This document shows positions 52,827 to 64,000 of a stretch of 64,000 nt of DNA, piece after piece. Below the pieces are notes generated by a model. The model made no database searches. It was not told where the DNA came from and was given only the letters and a program-made list of their open reading frames with translations. A program made the translations under genes and the position numbers. How positions within the stretch are numbered: the first letter of the stretch is position 1; each line of letters starts with the position of its first letter. Origin of the DNA: Octopus sinensis (Eukaryota); assembly GCF_006345805.1 (NCBI RefSeq), contig NC_043006.1, forward strand, positions 96,038,001-96,102,000. The letters are read 5' to 3'.

Positions 52827-53089
52827 ATCATTATCATTATACCTTAAATGACTGTATCCAGTGGTAATACAAATTAATTTTTTCAAAACCATTATTATTT
52901 TCAACCTTTGCTCAATCTCCCATTGGCGGTATGTGCATATTAGACGCAGGGACGTTTTTGTACGTTTTTTTTTGGGGGGGGGGAACTGCGTCCAGTAGCC
53001 ATCTCGAGTATTTTGTTGAGCGCTGTGCTTTTCGCAGCGTGTTATTAAAGCTCAAAGACACGACCCAAACGCCCTACACATTCTAAGGC

Positions 53090-54245
53090 TTATGGCGGTG
53101 AACCTAAACGCCAGAATAAGGTTATGACGCTCCATGAGAAGGTACAACTACTGGATATGCTCCAGGAATGTAAAATTTATGCTGCAGTAGGTCGCCGTTG
53201 TGGTATCAACGAATGCACCATACGCTACATAAGGAAGAACGAGGTAGTGATCAGGTCTACCGTAACAGTAAGTTTCTGTGAAAGTGGTAAAAAGATAACG
53301 ACAGCGAGAAATAAGCATTTGGTCAGGATGGAAGCTGCCTTGGCATTATAGAACAAAAACATCTCCTTTGGATGGTAACATCATCCGCGAGAATGAGCGG
53401 TAGTTACACCAGCAGTTCGACAGGGGAGACGGAGCAGAAGACATCGAAGAACCGCAATGAAGACCATTGATATCACCGGAGCCCGGGGATTTTCAAGCCA
53501 GCAAGGGATGGTTTGAACATTTCTAGAAACAGATTAACATAAAATGTGTTTCCCTGCATGGAGAAATAGCATCAGCCACTAAGAGCTGCCGAGAAGTAAC
53601 TTGAGACCTTCAGACAGATCATCGAGGACAAGGGATACAAACCGGAACATGCTTTCAATATGGACGAGACTGGCTTGTTCTGAGAGAAGATGCCAGAACG
53701 TACATCATGAAGGTCAAGGCCGGACCCCCAGGATTTAAGACACAGACGGACAGAGTGACGGTAATTATGTGTGGCAATGCCGCTTGCTCCATGATGAAAC
53801 CAGGACTTATCTACTAGCCCTCGAACCCGAGGGCCTTCCAAAATAAGAATACAAGAATAAAAACCTGCTGCCTGTTCCCTGGATGCATAACCCAAAGCCT
53901 GGATTACAAAAAGTCTAACTTCGAATTAGTTTCACTAATGTTTCAACCCACAAGCCAGGGATTACTTCTATAACGTATGCATGGAACTGGAGGTGCTGCT
54001 TCTTATCGATAACGCGAGAAGTCACTCTTTGGATTTGAATCACGAGGGAGTCCAAATCAAGTTCCTACCTGCTAACACCACATCCATAATCCAGCTTATG
54101 GATCAAGGCGCGGCCGTGCCTTCAAGTCACCTTACACTCGGAACTCTCTCCAACACCTCCTGGACGCAATAGATTCGGACGTGAATTTCAAGTTAAGTGA
54201 GTACTGGCGTAACTTCACGATCGCAACGTCAGTCATCCACGCATG
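53090..54245 (+). mobile_element. Tigger (pogo) transposase pseudogene, Tigger2-like
   Basis: KRQNKVMTLHEKVQLLDM (CENP-B HTH); FQASKGWFE; AFNMDETGLF; LLLIDNARSH..FLPANTTSIIQLMDQG. Confidence 0.9.
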
Positions 54246-55008
54246 TCTTATATATAGGTAGGTAGGTAGGTAGGTATTAGTGTGGTTTTCGTCAAAAGTC
54301 ATACCTATTTCTGCACCATTCCTGTAATTCTGCATCATATTTCGGAGGTAGGAATAATGGAGACTCAGTATTATTTAGTTGAGTATCTGTACTCATCTTT
54401 CATCGTTACTTATTTCCTCATTTCACTCTCTTTCATCTTGGCGAAAGAGGCAAAATTCAGCGCCAAATCCTTCCTCACGAAGCAGATCAATGGTTCAGAC
54501 TTCCAGTCACCAAAAGACCCGTATTTTTTACCTCCTGAAATTCTCGCAAACTGCGTTTTATAATAATATATCAGATCTTTAAAACTGCCAGATTATATTA
54601 TCAGAGATAGTTCGTATTTCTAAAAGGCAAGAGTTTCCTTTTCACACATGGTCGTTAAAGGTGTAGGCCTTGTTTAGCTGCATTTCAGCTTTAAATGAGA
54701 GCAGAATGTGATCAAATGTCGTTTATCGACTCCAGCATGTCTTTTCTTATTGCAGACACTGTGTCCCTAAAGTGCATTGTCTAATGTGTTATTGTTTCAT
54801 TGTTTGTCTTCTGTAGGCAACGGACCACGTAGATACGATGCTCTTAAGTCGTCGACGTAGACACGATAATATATTTGAGCGTCAGTGTTACCTTGTGCGA
54901 ACAGCACGTAGATTATTTCTCTTTCGCCTGTGAATATGTCTGTATGTATATATGTACATATGTGTACGTGTGTGTGTGAGAGAGTGTGTATATGTGTGTC
55001 TGTGTGCG

Positions 55009-55074
<66 letters not shown>

Positions 55075-55110
55075 TATACAGACATACATACTTATATTTA
55101 TGCATCTGCG

Positions 55111-55185
<75 letters not shown>

Positions 55186-55584
55186 GAATACATACATGTT
55201 TCACTTTAATTATCTGAGTTAATTAGACAAACCTGTCTGATCCATCTCACTGCTAGGACATAATGAAGTGTATCTTCATAAATTGATGTCCAACAGGTTT
55301 GCAATTAAAGGCTGTCCGAGTAAACTAGGTTTTAAAAATATTCTACGAAGCATCACGGCAGAGTTAAGAACTTCGCTTTTTCCTCGCGCAGTTCATCGAC
55401 CAATCACACTACAGGACGCTTTTAGTAAAGCGGTGAATTAAGTTCTTGCTACTCTGGGCTCAGGCCACAATGATCACCAGGTGATCCGTAAATGCTCAAG
55501 TGATGCATTTTCGTCACAAGTTCAATCTGGCATTAAATTCCAATCATTTTTTACCATTTATCTCTAATCCTGTTTCGGCCAGGG

Positions 55585-55878
55585 AAGAACGTGGCTTAGA
55601 GGTTAGGACATTCGGCTCACAATCGTAAGGTCGTGAGTTCGATTTCTGACGATGCGTTGTATTCTTGAGCTTGATTTTTCATCCCATCTTGTGCCAGTCC
55701 ACTCAACTGGCAAAAATGAGTAGTACCTGTACTTCAAAGGGCCAGCCTTGTCACATTCTGTGTCACGCTGAATCTTCCTGAGAAATACGTTGGTGTACTC
55801 AGCCACTTGCACGCTTATTTCACAAACAGTCTGTTCCGTTGATCGGATCACCTCGTCGTTGTAACCGGCGAGGTGCCA
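55585..55878 (+). mobile_element. SINE family C
   Basis: Matches 39860-40176. Confidence 0.87.
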
Positions 55879-55879
55879 T

Positions 55880-56001
55880 TTTGTTTCAGCCATCAGACCA
55901 CGCTCATGCTGGGGCACCGCCTTGAAGAATTTTAATCGAACAAATCGACCCCAATACTTATTCATTTTACGCCTGTTACATATTCTATCGGCCTCTTTTG
56001 C
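55880..56001 (-). mobile_element. SINE family A, 3' module fragment
   Basis: CATGCTGGGGCACCGCCTT..AATCGACCCC. Confidence 0.65.
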
Positions 56002-56269
56002 ATGAGAAACCAAAATCTAAATAAAGTGGTCCTAAATAAAGTTGTTAGAGCATAAAGCTATTTATAAGTGTTCTACTTTCTCATGGTTTTATATTTTAAG
56101 AAAAATGCTAAATTGCAAAGCTAAATAAAGAAAAGTGCAATTAATGCTTATTAAGTATTGAAAATTCCTCCTTAAATAATCATTAGTCACGAAATGGTAG
56201 CACTTAAATACGCACACACACACACAAATGCACACACAATATATATATATATATATATTTAAGCCAATA

Positions 56270-56930
56270 TTTACACGTTTGGCGAGGATACTTTGCATGA
56301 ACCTGTTCGTTCTAGTTTAAAACTTCATGATATACAACACTCTCCATATCGCGCCGAACATGGAGTATAATTTTTGGGTATAGTCCTGGTTTGGGGGGTG
56401 AATTCTCCTTTTTAGTTGGACATCAACCATTGTTATTTTCATTGGGTATCATTGTGTAGAGAACCCGCTTCTCATCATTTATGATGATTCTACCCAGAAA
56501 TGTTACGGTAGCAAATCTAATTTCAATGATAAGCATAAGGTTACACTTCTTCAATTAAATTGCGTAGCAAACAGAGGATGAGTCACGCGCTAACTAAGTT
56601 TTGAAACGTTTCTCAATTGGCTTGGAGGGACGTGAATTGAAATGTATCGCTGACTCTCATGCAGTTTGCTTTCGAGTTTCGTCGATTACGATTTTCAGAA
56701 GCTCAGTCTTGACAGATTTCAATCGTCAGGTTTGAGGAAAATGTGCGAGCGCAAAAATTTCCCGAGCGAAATTGACCAAACCATCTCTGGTATGTTTGGA
56801 CACTTAAATCTTCATAGATAGACGAATATTTCTTGTAGAAATATTTGCAGAGCGCATTTTGAGTTCATAGAGAATTCAGCGCTTCATGTAGATTTGATCT
56901 AAACGCATTGTAACAAGGTAAAATCGATAC
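56270..56930 (-). mobile_element. Decayed mariner transposase
   Basis: Own translation YQRWFGQFRSGNF..; TFLGRIIINDEKRVLY..PKPGLYPKIILHVRRDMESVVYHEVL. Confidence 0.75.
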
Positions 56931-56963
56931 GTTCGATACATTTTCAACCACTATAGTATAAAG

Positions 56964-57322
56964 TGGCACTCCGTCAGTTGCGACGACGAGGGTTCCAGGT
57001 GATCTTATGAACGGAAAAGCCTGCTGTGAAATTAACGTGCAAGTGGCTGAGCACTCCACAGAGAAATTTACCCTTAATATAGTTCTCGGGGAGATTTAGC
57101 GTGACACAGAGTGTGACAAGGCTGGCCCCTTTGAAATACAGGTACAACAGAAACAGGAAGAAAGAGTAAAAGTTCTGGTGAAAGAATACAGCAGGGTTCG
57201 CCGCCCCCACCCCCTGTCGGAGCCTCGTGGAGCTTTTGGCGTTTTCGCTCGATAAACACTCATTGTGCCCGGTCTGGGAATAGAAACCGCGATCCTATGA
57301 CCGTGAGTCAGCTGCCCTAACC
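56964..57322 (-). mobile_element. SINE family C
   Basis: Reverse complement of family C. Confidence 0.88.
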
Positions 57323-57449
57323 TAATCTGCAAAGAAAGAAAAGTGCAATTAATGCTTATTTCACCGTAAGCATTGAAAATGTCCCCTCAAATAATCATGA
57401 TAAAAGTGTGACAGATCTTTCTTTCCAACCTAAAACACACGACCACATT

Positions 57450-57494
<45 letters not shown>

Positions 57495-58261
57495 CATTTA
57501 AGTAGATAGTTATGTATGTAGGTATACGTATATTTATGCGCACACATATATAAAGAAGGAAGGGAGACGACATAGATTCATTGATAGAAATAAAGATAGA
57601 TACATTCATTCATACCGATGCATAGATAATTTACACAACTGTCTGGAATGCATATTTAAAAGAGCTTAATACTAATTACCATATACAATTATATGTTTGC
57701 AATTGACTGAAAATAAAGAAGATTTATAAAGAGAAGATAAATTGTCAAGCACAAATCATCTGAGGCAATAATTGATAGTGAGTTTAGAAAATAAGCTACG
57801 TTCTTAGTCTAATCTCTCAGGCAGAAAATATAGAAATGCTGATAAATTTAACTACTGAATAACATTTCTTGACGTTGAACATACATGGTGTGCATTTGTG
57901 TGTATATACGTATGCATATATATATGACTATAATACTGGTGTTCATTCAATAATCTATACATATTTTCTTACAATAGAAGCAAGAAGAAAAAAATTCGTA
58001 GAATATCGGTACTTAGTTTCGTTGCTTCAAAGTTTATATTCGAAATGTTGTGTCATAGATTTTGCCATTTGTGTTTCAAACGGTATTTCTTACATAACGT
58101 ATCATGTACAGAAGTTTATTCAGTCGACAGCATTCCACAGAAAAACATATTATTGCCTTAGGTAAAAACTCAGGTATAATTTAGTCTGGTATTGTGGTAC
58201 TTTTAATAAACGATTGCATTTATACATAGACGCAGGTGTGACATAGGTGCAAGTGTGACAT

Positions 58262-58568
58262 AGGCGCAGGCGTAGCTGTGTAGTTGAGAAGCTTGTGAGT
58301 GTATTTCGCAAACGGAAACTGAAGGAAGCTTGTTTATATACAAGTGTGTGCGTGTGTGTGTATGTGATTGAGTATGTGTGTGTGTGTTTGTGTGTGATTT
58401 TGTGTTCTTTGTGCCGAACTACGTCCCTGTAACTTAGCAAATCGGTAACAGCAGCCGAAAGAATAAGTACCAGACTAGAAAATAGCTGTTGAGTTTGAGT
58501 TCTGTGACTAAATCCTCATGACGAGTTCCCGGTAAGACTTCAGACCAATCACTAAAGCAAGTAAAAGG
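58262..58568 (+). mobile_element. SINE family A, degenerate with deletion
   Basis: GGCGCAGGCGTAGCTGTG..ACGGAAACTGAAGGAAGC..TACGTCCCTGTAACTTAGC..GAATAAGTAC. Confidence 0.65.
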
Positions 58569-59555
58569 TAAAAGATCCTTGAGAGGAATTCTGCTGGTTT
58601 GAAATATTGCATTCGAAATATCATTTCAAAAATGTAATTAAAAGGAATGTAAAGATTTTCTGAGTTACATGGTATACCACAAAAATCACAAAAATAAAGA
58701 ATTGAGTTGCATATACGAAAAAACATCTTATATTATCTCACTTCTGGCAGCCTGAGAGCAGCGTAGCTGGACGACTTAAAAATTAGTGTTGAAGAAGGTC
58801 CTTTGAAATTGCTACATATTTTCACCAGACATATTTTGTCTTTAAAATATGTTACATATTCCGGTGAGGGAATATTTTCACGATCTCTCTTACTGTTAAC
58901 CCCTTAAAAGACGGAACCATCTTTAAAAGTCTGTACCTAAAATTTAAATACGAATACAAAAAAGAGAAAATATTTGCTTACCCTAAGTTAATGGAGGAGA
59001 CGCCTAAAAATTCCATAATTTTCCTCTCGATTTCAAATAAGCTTAGAACTATTTGATGAAGCTTGGTAAAATTCCAAAATACCAAGAAAGCGGAGGGAAA
59101 CACGTGAAATCATCTCAACACAAGAATAGCACTATTATTAATAACTTCACTTGTTGTTTCAATACAAACAATGATCCGTGAAATTCTGTAATTTGAAAAA
59201 TATTCAAACTATTTCGAATTATTTACAAATTATTTTCAATTTATTTCAAATTCTTTCAAATTATTGAAATTTCATATTATTCTTTATAGCGTGTACGGTT
59301 CTTTAAATTTGTGTATTCCATTCTTCACATATTTATCGTCTAAATTCTGTATTCTGTCTATAATACCTTTTCTTTTTGTTTTTTGTCTGATATATACTAA
59401 ACAACATTTCTCAGTAACTGCTGAGCGTCAAAAGAAAATAGAGAAGATAAAACGTATTTATGTACATTGAAAATATAAGAATATGTATTGTATTCAAATT
59501 ATTGAAAAAAAAACAGATTCGTAAACAAACACATTTTGAACATATGCTCTCTACG

Positions 59556-59589
<34 letters not shown>

Positions 59590-61374
59590 TTGTGTGTGTG
59601 CGTGCGTGTTCGTGTATGTGTGTGAGAGTGTGAGTGTGTGTGTGTGAGTGTGTGTGTGTATCTATATATCTATATATATATATATATTATATATACGATA
59701 GTGTGTATTTGCCTGCATACGTACACCTACATACGCACGCATATATGTATATGTGTACATGTTTGACGAATGAATATATGTATATATGTATGTATATGTG
59801 AATACATATAGATGTATGCGTGTGCGTGTATTGTGTGTGTGTATGTGTATGCACGCGTGTGTGTGTGTGTGTGTTGTGTTGTGTACAAGTAGTGAAGAAA
59901 ATATTGCGCAACACAGCTGTAGAAATTCGTGTACGATCTATACAAACATACAAGCATATACATATTTGTATGCGACTTGAATATATATACATGTGTGTGT
60001 ATCTATGTGCATCTGTGTGTGTATGTGTGTGCCTGTGTGTACGTGTGTATAAATGTATGTATAAATCTGAGCGAAAGTAACAGTGTAAATACATACAAAT
60101 GACATGTCAAAGAGGTTGCCACCAATAAGCAAGAGTTGTCGTTCTTTACCAGTTAATTTCCATACATCGATCATTCCTTAAATAATAACTGACATTCACA
60201 AAATGTAATTGTTATTCTATTCTTGCTATTAGATGGAGCATTAGTAGCAACAACACTAATGCCTAATGTTGTCACTTTTACGAAACCTAATTTCGCAATA
60301 TAATTTCCTATATTTGTCCATAAGCATATATAAGACATCAAAAATGTTTAGCAGACATGGCGTTACAGCAGTAAAGATGGTGATATATTAGAAAAGAGTT
60401 ACGCCAGGTCATTCAGGCTGAGAAGCAGTTTTCAGCCTGAGGAGTTGAAATGAATTTGAAATATCGCACGATGTTTACATTTCAAACGGATTATATACAT
60501 ATAGCAATCACTATAATTATATATGTGTGTGTCTGTATATATATATATATCAAAAGGCCATTTTACACTTTTATTAAATGTTAATGATTGTCATTTGGAA
60601 ATCGTATCATAGAATTAAATTGTTCTGCTAGCGTACCGGATGATAAGGTATCATACAAGATTTAGCCATATCCGTTTATGTATTGCATATCCTAATATCC
60701 TACTGACTCGATATCAGTAAGATTACATGTATTAGAATCGATAGAGCGACGAACAAATCTATTTAATCACCGTCGTCTGACTTTTAGTATTTTCTTTATA
60801 ATATTTCTAAATTTGAAAAAGGACGAATATCCAAAACGCTGAATACTCGTCTCCCTTCATCACGTCAAATCAACTAACTCGCTGTAACTTACATTTTTAC
60901 GAATTTTGGCGCAGAAACCTCCAGATGAGCAAACCAACTCTAGCTTCTTTGCAACATAAAATTTCAGTGTATATCTACGTATTTTCAAATTCTCAAATAA
61001 TGATTCGCTGTGGTTAGATTGGTCTACATTCATTAATTGATAAAGAAGCATACTACCCTCTACTTTTGAGCTTCTAAGTTCATGTATATGAGCGTGAGAT
61101 AACGGCTGTGTGATTTAGAAGATCAGAGCCAGATTAGGAGTCAGATTCACTGCGTCGTATTTTGCACAAGTGCCTTCAGCTATAAGCCATGATCGTTCAA
61201 AACATTATGAGTGAATTTAATACACAGAATCTATGTCGTGTATCGTGTATATAAGCTTGTCGTGTATGTGTGTGTGTTTGGGTGCATGTTTTTGAAAGTG
61301 TCTATGCGTCTTTCATTGGGCTTATATTTGTCTCCCACAAACTGCCTCAAAACAAGTGCTGTCTATAACATAGC

Positions 61375-61396
61375 GGATAGATAGATAGATAGATAT

Positions 61397-61452
<56 letters not shown>

Positions 61453-61476
61453 GTAGATAGATAGATAGATAGATAT

Positions 61477-61518
<42 letters not shown>

Positions 61519-61535
61519 TGATAGATAGATAGATA
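61375..61535 (+). repeat. (GATA)n microsatellite
   Basis: Direct reading. Confidence 0.95.
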
Positions 61536-61744
61536 CAGTTACATATGCATAGAGATGCTGATATCCTGGTGCAGAACTCAATATGCATATGGTGCATAAC
61601 ACAATGTTGCATAAAAATAGATTGGAAATATAAAAAGACAAACGTTATATGATGAACTGCATTGGCTTACAGCTGTTTCCGCTATACAATGTGATGGACT
61701 CTTAATTGATTACCTGTCATTTATTTGTTCCAATATATATACAT

Positions 61745-61779
<35 letters not shown>

Positions 61780-61995
61780 CATATAGTGTTGCATATGAAT
61801 ATATAGTTATAAATATTTAAATACATATATATATATATATCATATATACGCACATTTCTTTACATATTCTTGTATTCATATATCTATGTCTGTGCATGTG
61901 AGTGTTTTTGTGTGTGAGTGTGAGGGTGTGCGCGAGTGTATTATATGTTTGTCTATGTGTGAGTTTGAATACATACATGCCGAGGCATATATATG

Positions 61996-62050
<55 letters not shown>

Positions 62051-62088
62051 CTGTATGTGTCTCTGTATGTGTGAGTGTTGATATATAT

Positions 62089-62122
<34 letters not shown>

Positions 62123-62178
62123 CATATATATATGTATATATATATACGCATATACATATACATATATATATATATTCG

Positions 62179-62227
<49 letters not shown>

Positions 62228-62275
62228 CATACATATACATATATATATACATATATATTACATATATATATATAT

Positions 62276-62325
<50 letters not shown>

Positions 62326-62755
62326 TATATTACATATACATATACATATATACATACATACATATATATATTGATAATCTTACAGAGTAAATAATGTTCG
62401 GGAATAATTTCTGAGAATAAAAGAAAGTGATTTGAAGTCATTTATATTATCTTTCGTTATTTGTCTTTATCATTCTTTAAACAATTTGATTGTTTTTTGT
62501 CGAAATCATCTTAATTTCGTTGTTTTGTACATTTTTCAATATTTTCGCGTCTTTTACCCGATTGTTTGTTGATAATTTTCGATCGAGTTTTTATTTACAA
62601 GTTAAAGTCTAGCTTTTGTTGTCTCATTTGTTAAGCTGTGACATATAAATATGTTTAAATTGAATGCGTGAATATATTGAGATGTGTGCATATGTATATA
62701 TGTATATATATATATAATATATAATATATAATATATATATATTAATATATATATA

Positions 62756-62805
<50 letters not shown>

Positions 62806-62815
62806 TTATATTTAC

Positions 62816-62855
<40 letters not shown>

Positions 62856-63490
62856 TGTTAAGTATGTATGTACGTATATATACAAATATATATTATTGCG
62901 TTGATTGCTGAAAAACATATTTAAAGTTTACTAGCAATCATATTCTTTCTCACTTCACGTATACACTCACAAACACACACACATATATATATATATATAT
63001 ATGTTATATATATATATAAAACAGTTCTTTGTATGTAATTGAAGCATTATTAAAATATAAACGCCACCTGTGCATCATTCTAAGGTATATACCGCATTGA
63101 CAGGCATGAGACTTAGAGGTTTGTGTGAGAGACAATCGGTTAATAGACATGTTTCTTTACAGACGCAATATATCGGAGCGAGACAATCGTCGCTGATTCT
63201 CACCGAAAATCCAGACATGTTTCGCTTTCGTTAGTGCTTGTCACCGGTGTGTATCCTCTGGTCACATGATATGCCAATTCCGTAATTATGGTATATTCAT
63301 TAATTAATACTGATGGCGTTTATTATTGAATGCTGTTTCAATTGAGCGTGACGAATTTATTTAATCCTTGCAGCTTTTCCACATCAGCAAATGTGCTGTT
63401 CACTGTTTGTGATATACGTTTGTGTATGAGTGTGTGTGTGTGTGGTGTGTGTGTGTGTGTCTGTGTGTGTGTGTCTGTGGTGTGTCTGTG

Positions 63491-63815
63491 AAGGCGCATG
63501 ACACAGTGGTTAGATCGATGTACTCACAGTCATAAGGTAATCAGTTCAATTCTCAGACCAGGCTATGCGTTGTTTTCTTGAGCAAAACACTTTATTTCAC
63601 ATTGTTCCAGTTCATGAATTTTGATGTCACTGGTGCCAAGTTGTATCGGCCTATGCTTTTTCCCTTCGATAACAACTGTGGCGTGGAGAGTGGAGGCTGC
63701 TATGCATGGGCGACTGCTGGTCTTCCATAAACAACCTTGCCCTGACTTGTGCCTCGGAAGGGAACTTTCTAGGGGGGTGTAATCCCATAGTCATTTATGA
63801 CCAGAGGGGATCTTT
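63491..63815 (+). mobile_element. tRNA-derived SINE (family E; head related to C, distinct tail)
   Basis: tRNA-like head and TTGAGCAAAACACTTTATTTCAC shared with C, then a different 3' tail. Confidence 0.7.
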
Positions 63816-63837
63816 ATATATATATATATATATATTT

Positions 63838-64000
63838 GTGGGAATCGAAACATCAAACCTTGCTGATAGTTCACGCGAAGTTTGAGATGCACCCGCGGCC
63901 ACTACAGTTTCCAGCTCATCATTATCCACCTTGGTCTCAAGTCTACCACGGGGCTAATTTTCAAGAATAAAGTCACCAGACCGGAACTACTCATATAGTG
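63838..64000 (-). mobile_element. Mariner transposase fragment running off the window end
   Basis: Own translation ..KISPW/GRLETKVDNDELETVVAAGASQTSRELSARFDVSIP, typical of the mariner HTH linker. Confidence 0.75.

Noticed and set aside
54820-54910. Plus-strand acceptor followed by a short frame ([14 protein letters not shown])
   Set aside because: Too short and unsupported by other exons

Overview
AT-rich, microsatellite-dense eukaryotic DNA with one 100-N assembly gap (36344-36443). The SINE repertoire suggests an octopod cephalopod, probably Octopus; this is pattern recognition, not a database result. No host protein-coding gene can be firmly supported, and almost all listed ORFs are microsatellite or transposon-derived. 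The window holds more than 30 tRNA-derived SINE copies (three main families plus two minor ones) and a 5'-truncated Penelope-like element (RT + GIY-YIG, 572-2460, minus). It also has decayed mariner, Tc1 and Tigger transposases, Ty3/gypsy pol, RLE-LINE and RTE relics, and two fold-back/MITE-like elements. The most interesting signal is a 362-bp head-to-tail array (45828-46696) inserted in a (TA)n tract. Each full unit carries a minimal type I hammerhead ribozyme with a compensatory U3-A8 core and a palindromic stem III, the layout of a non-LTR retrozyme or Penelope pLTR array. Several other hammerhead-like motifs of lower quality are also present.
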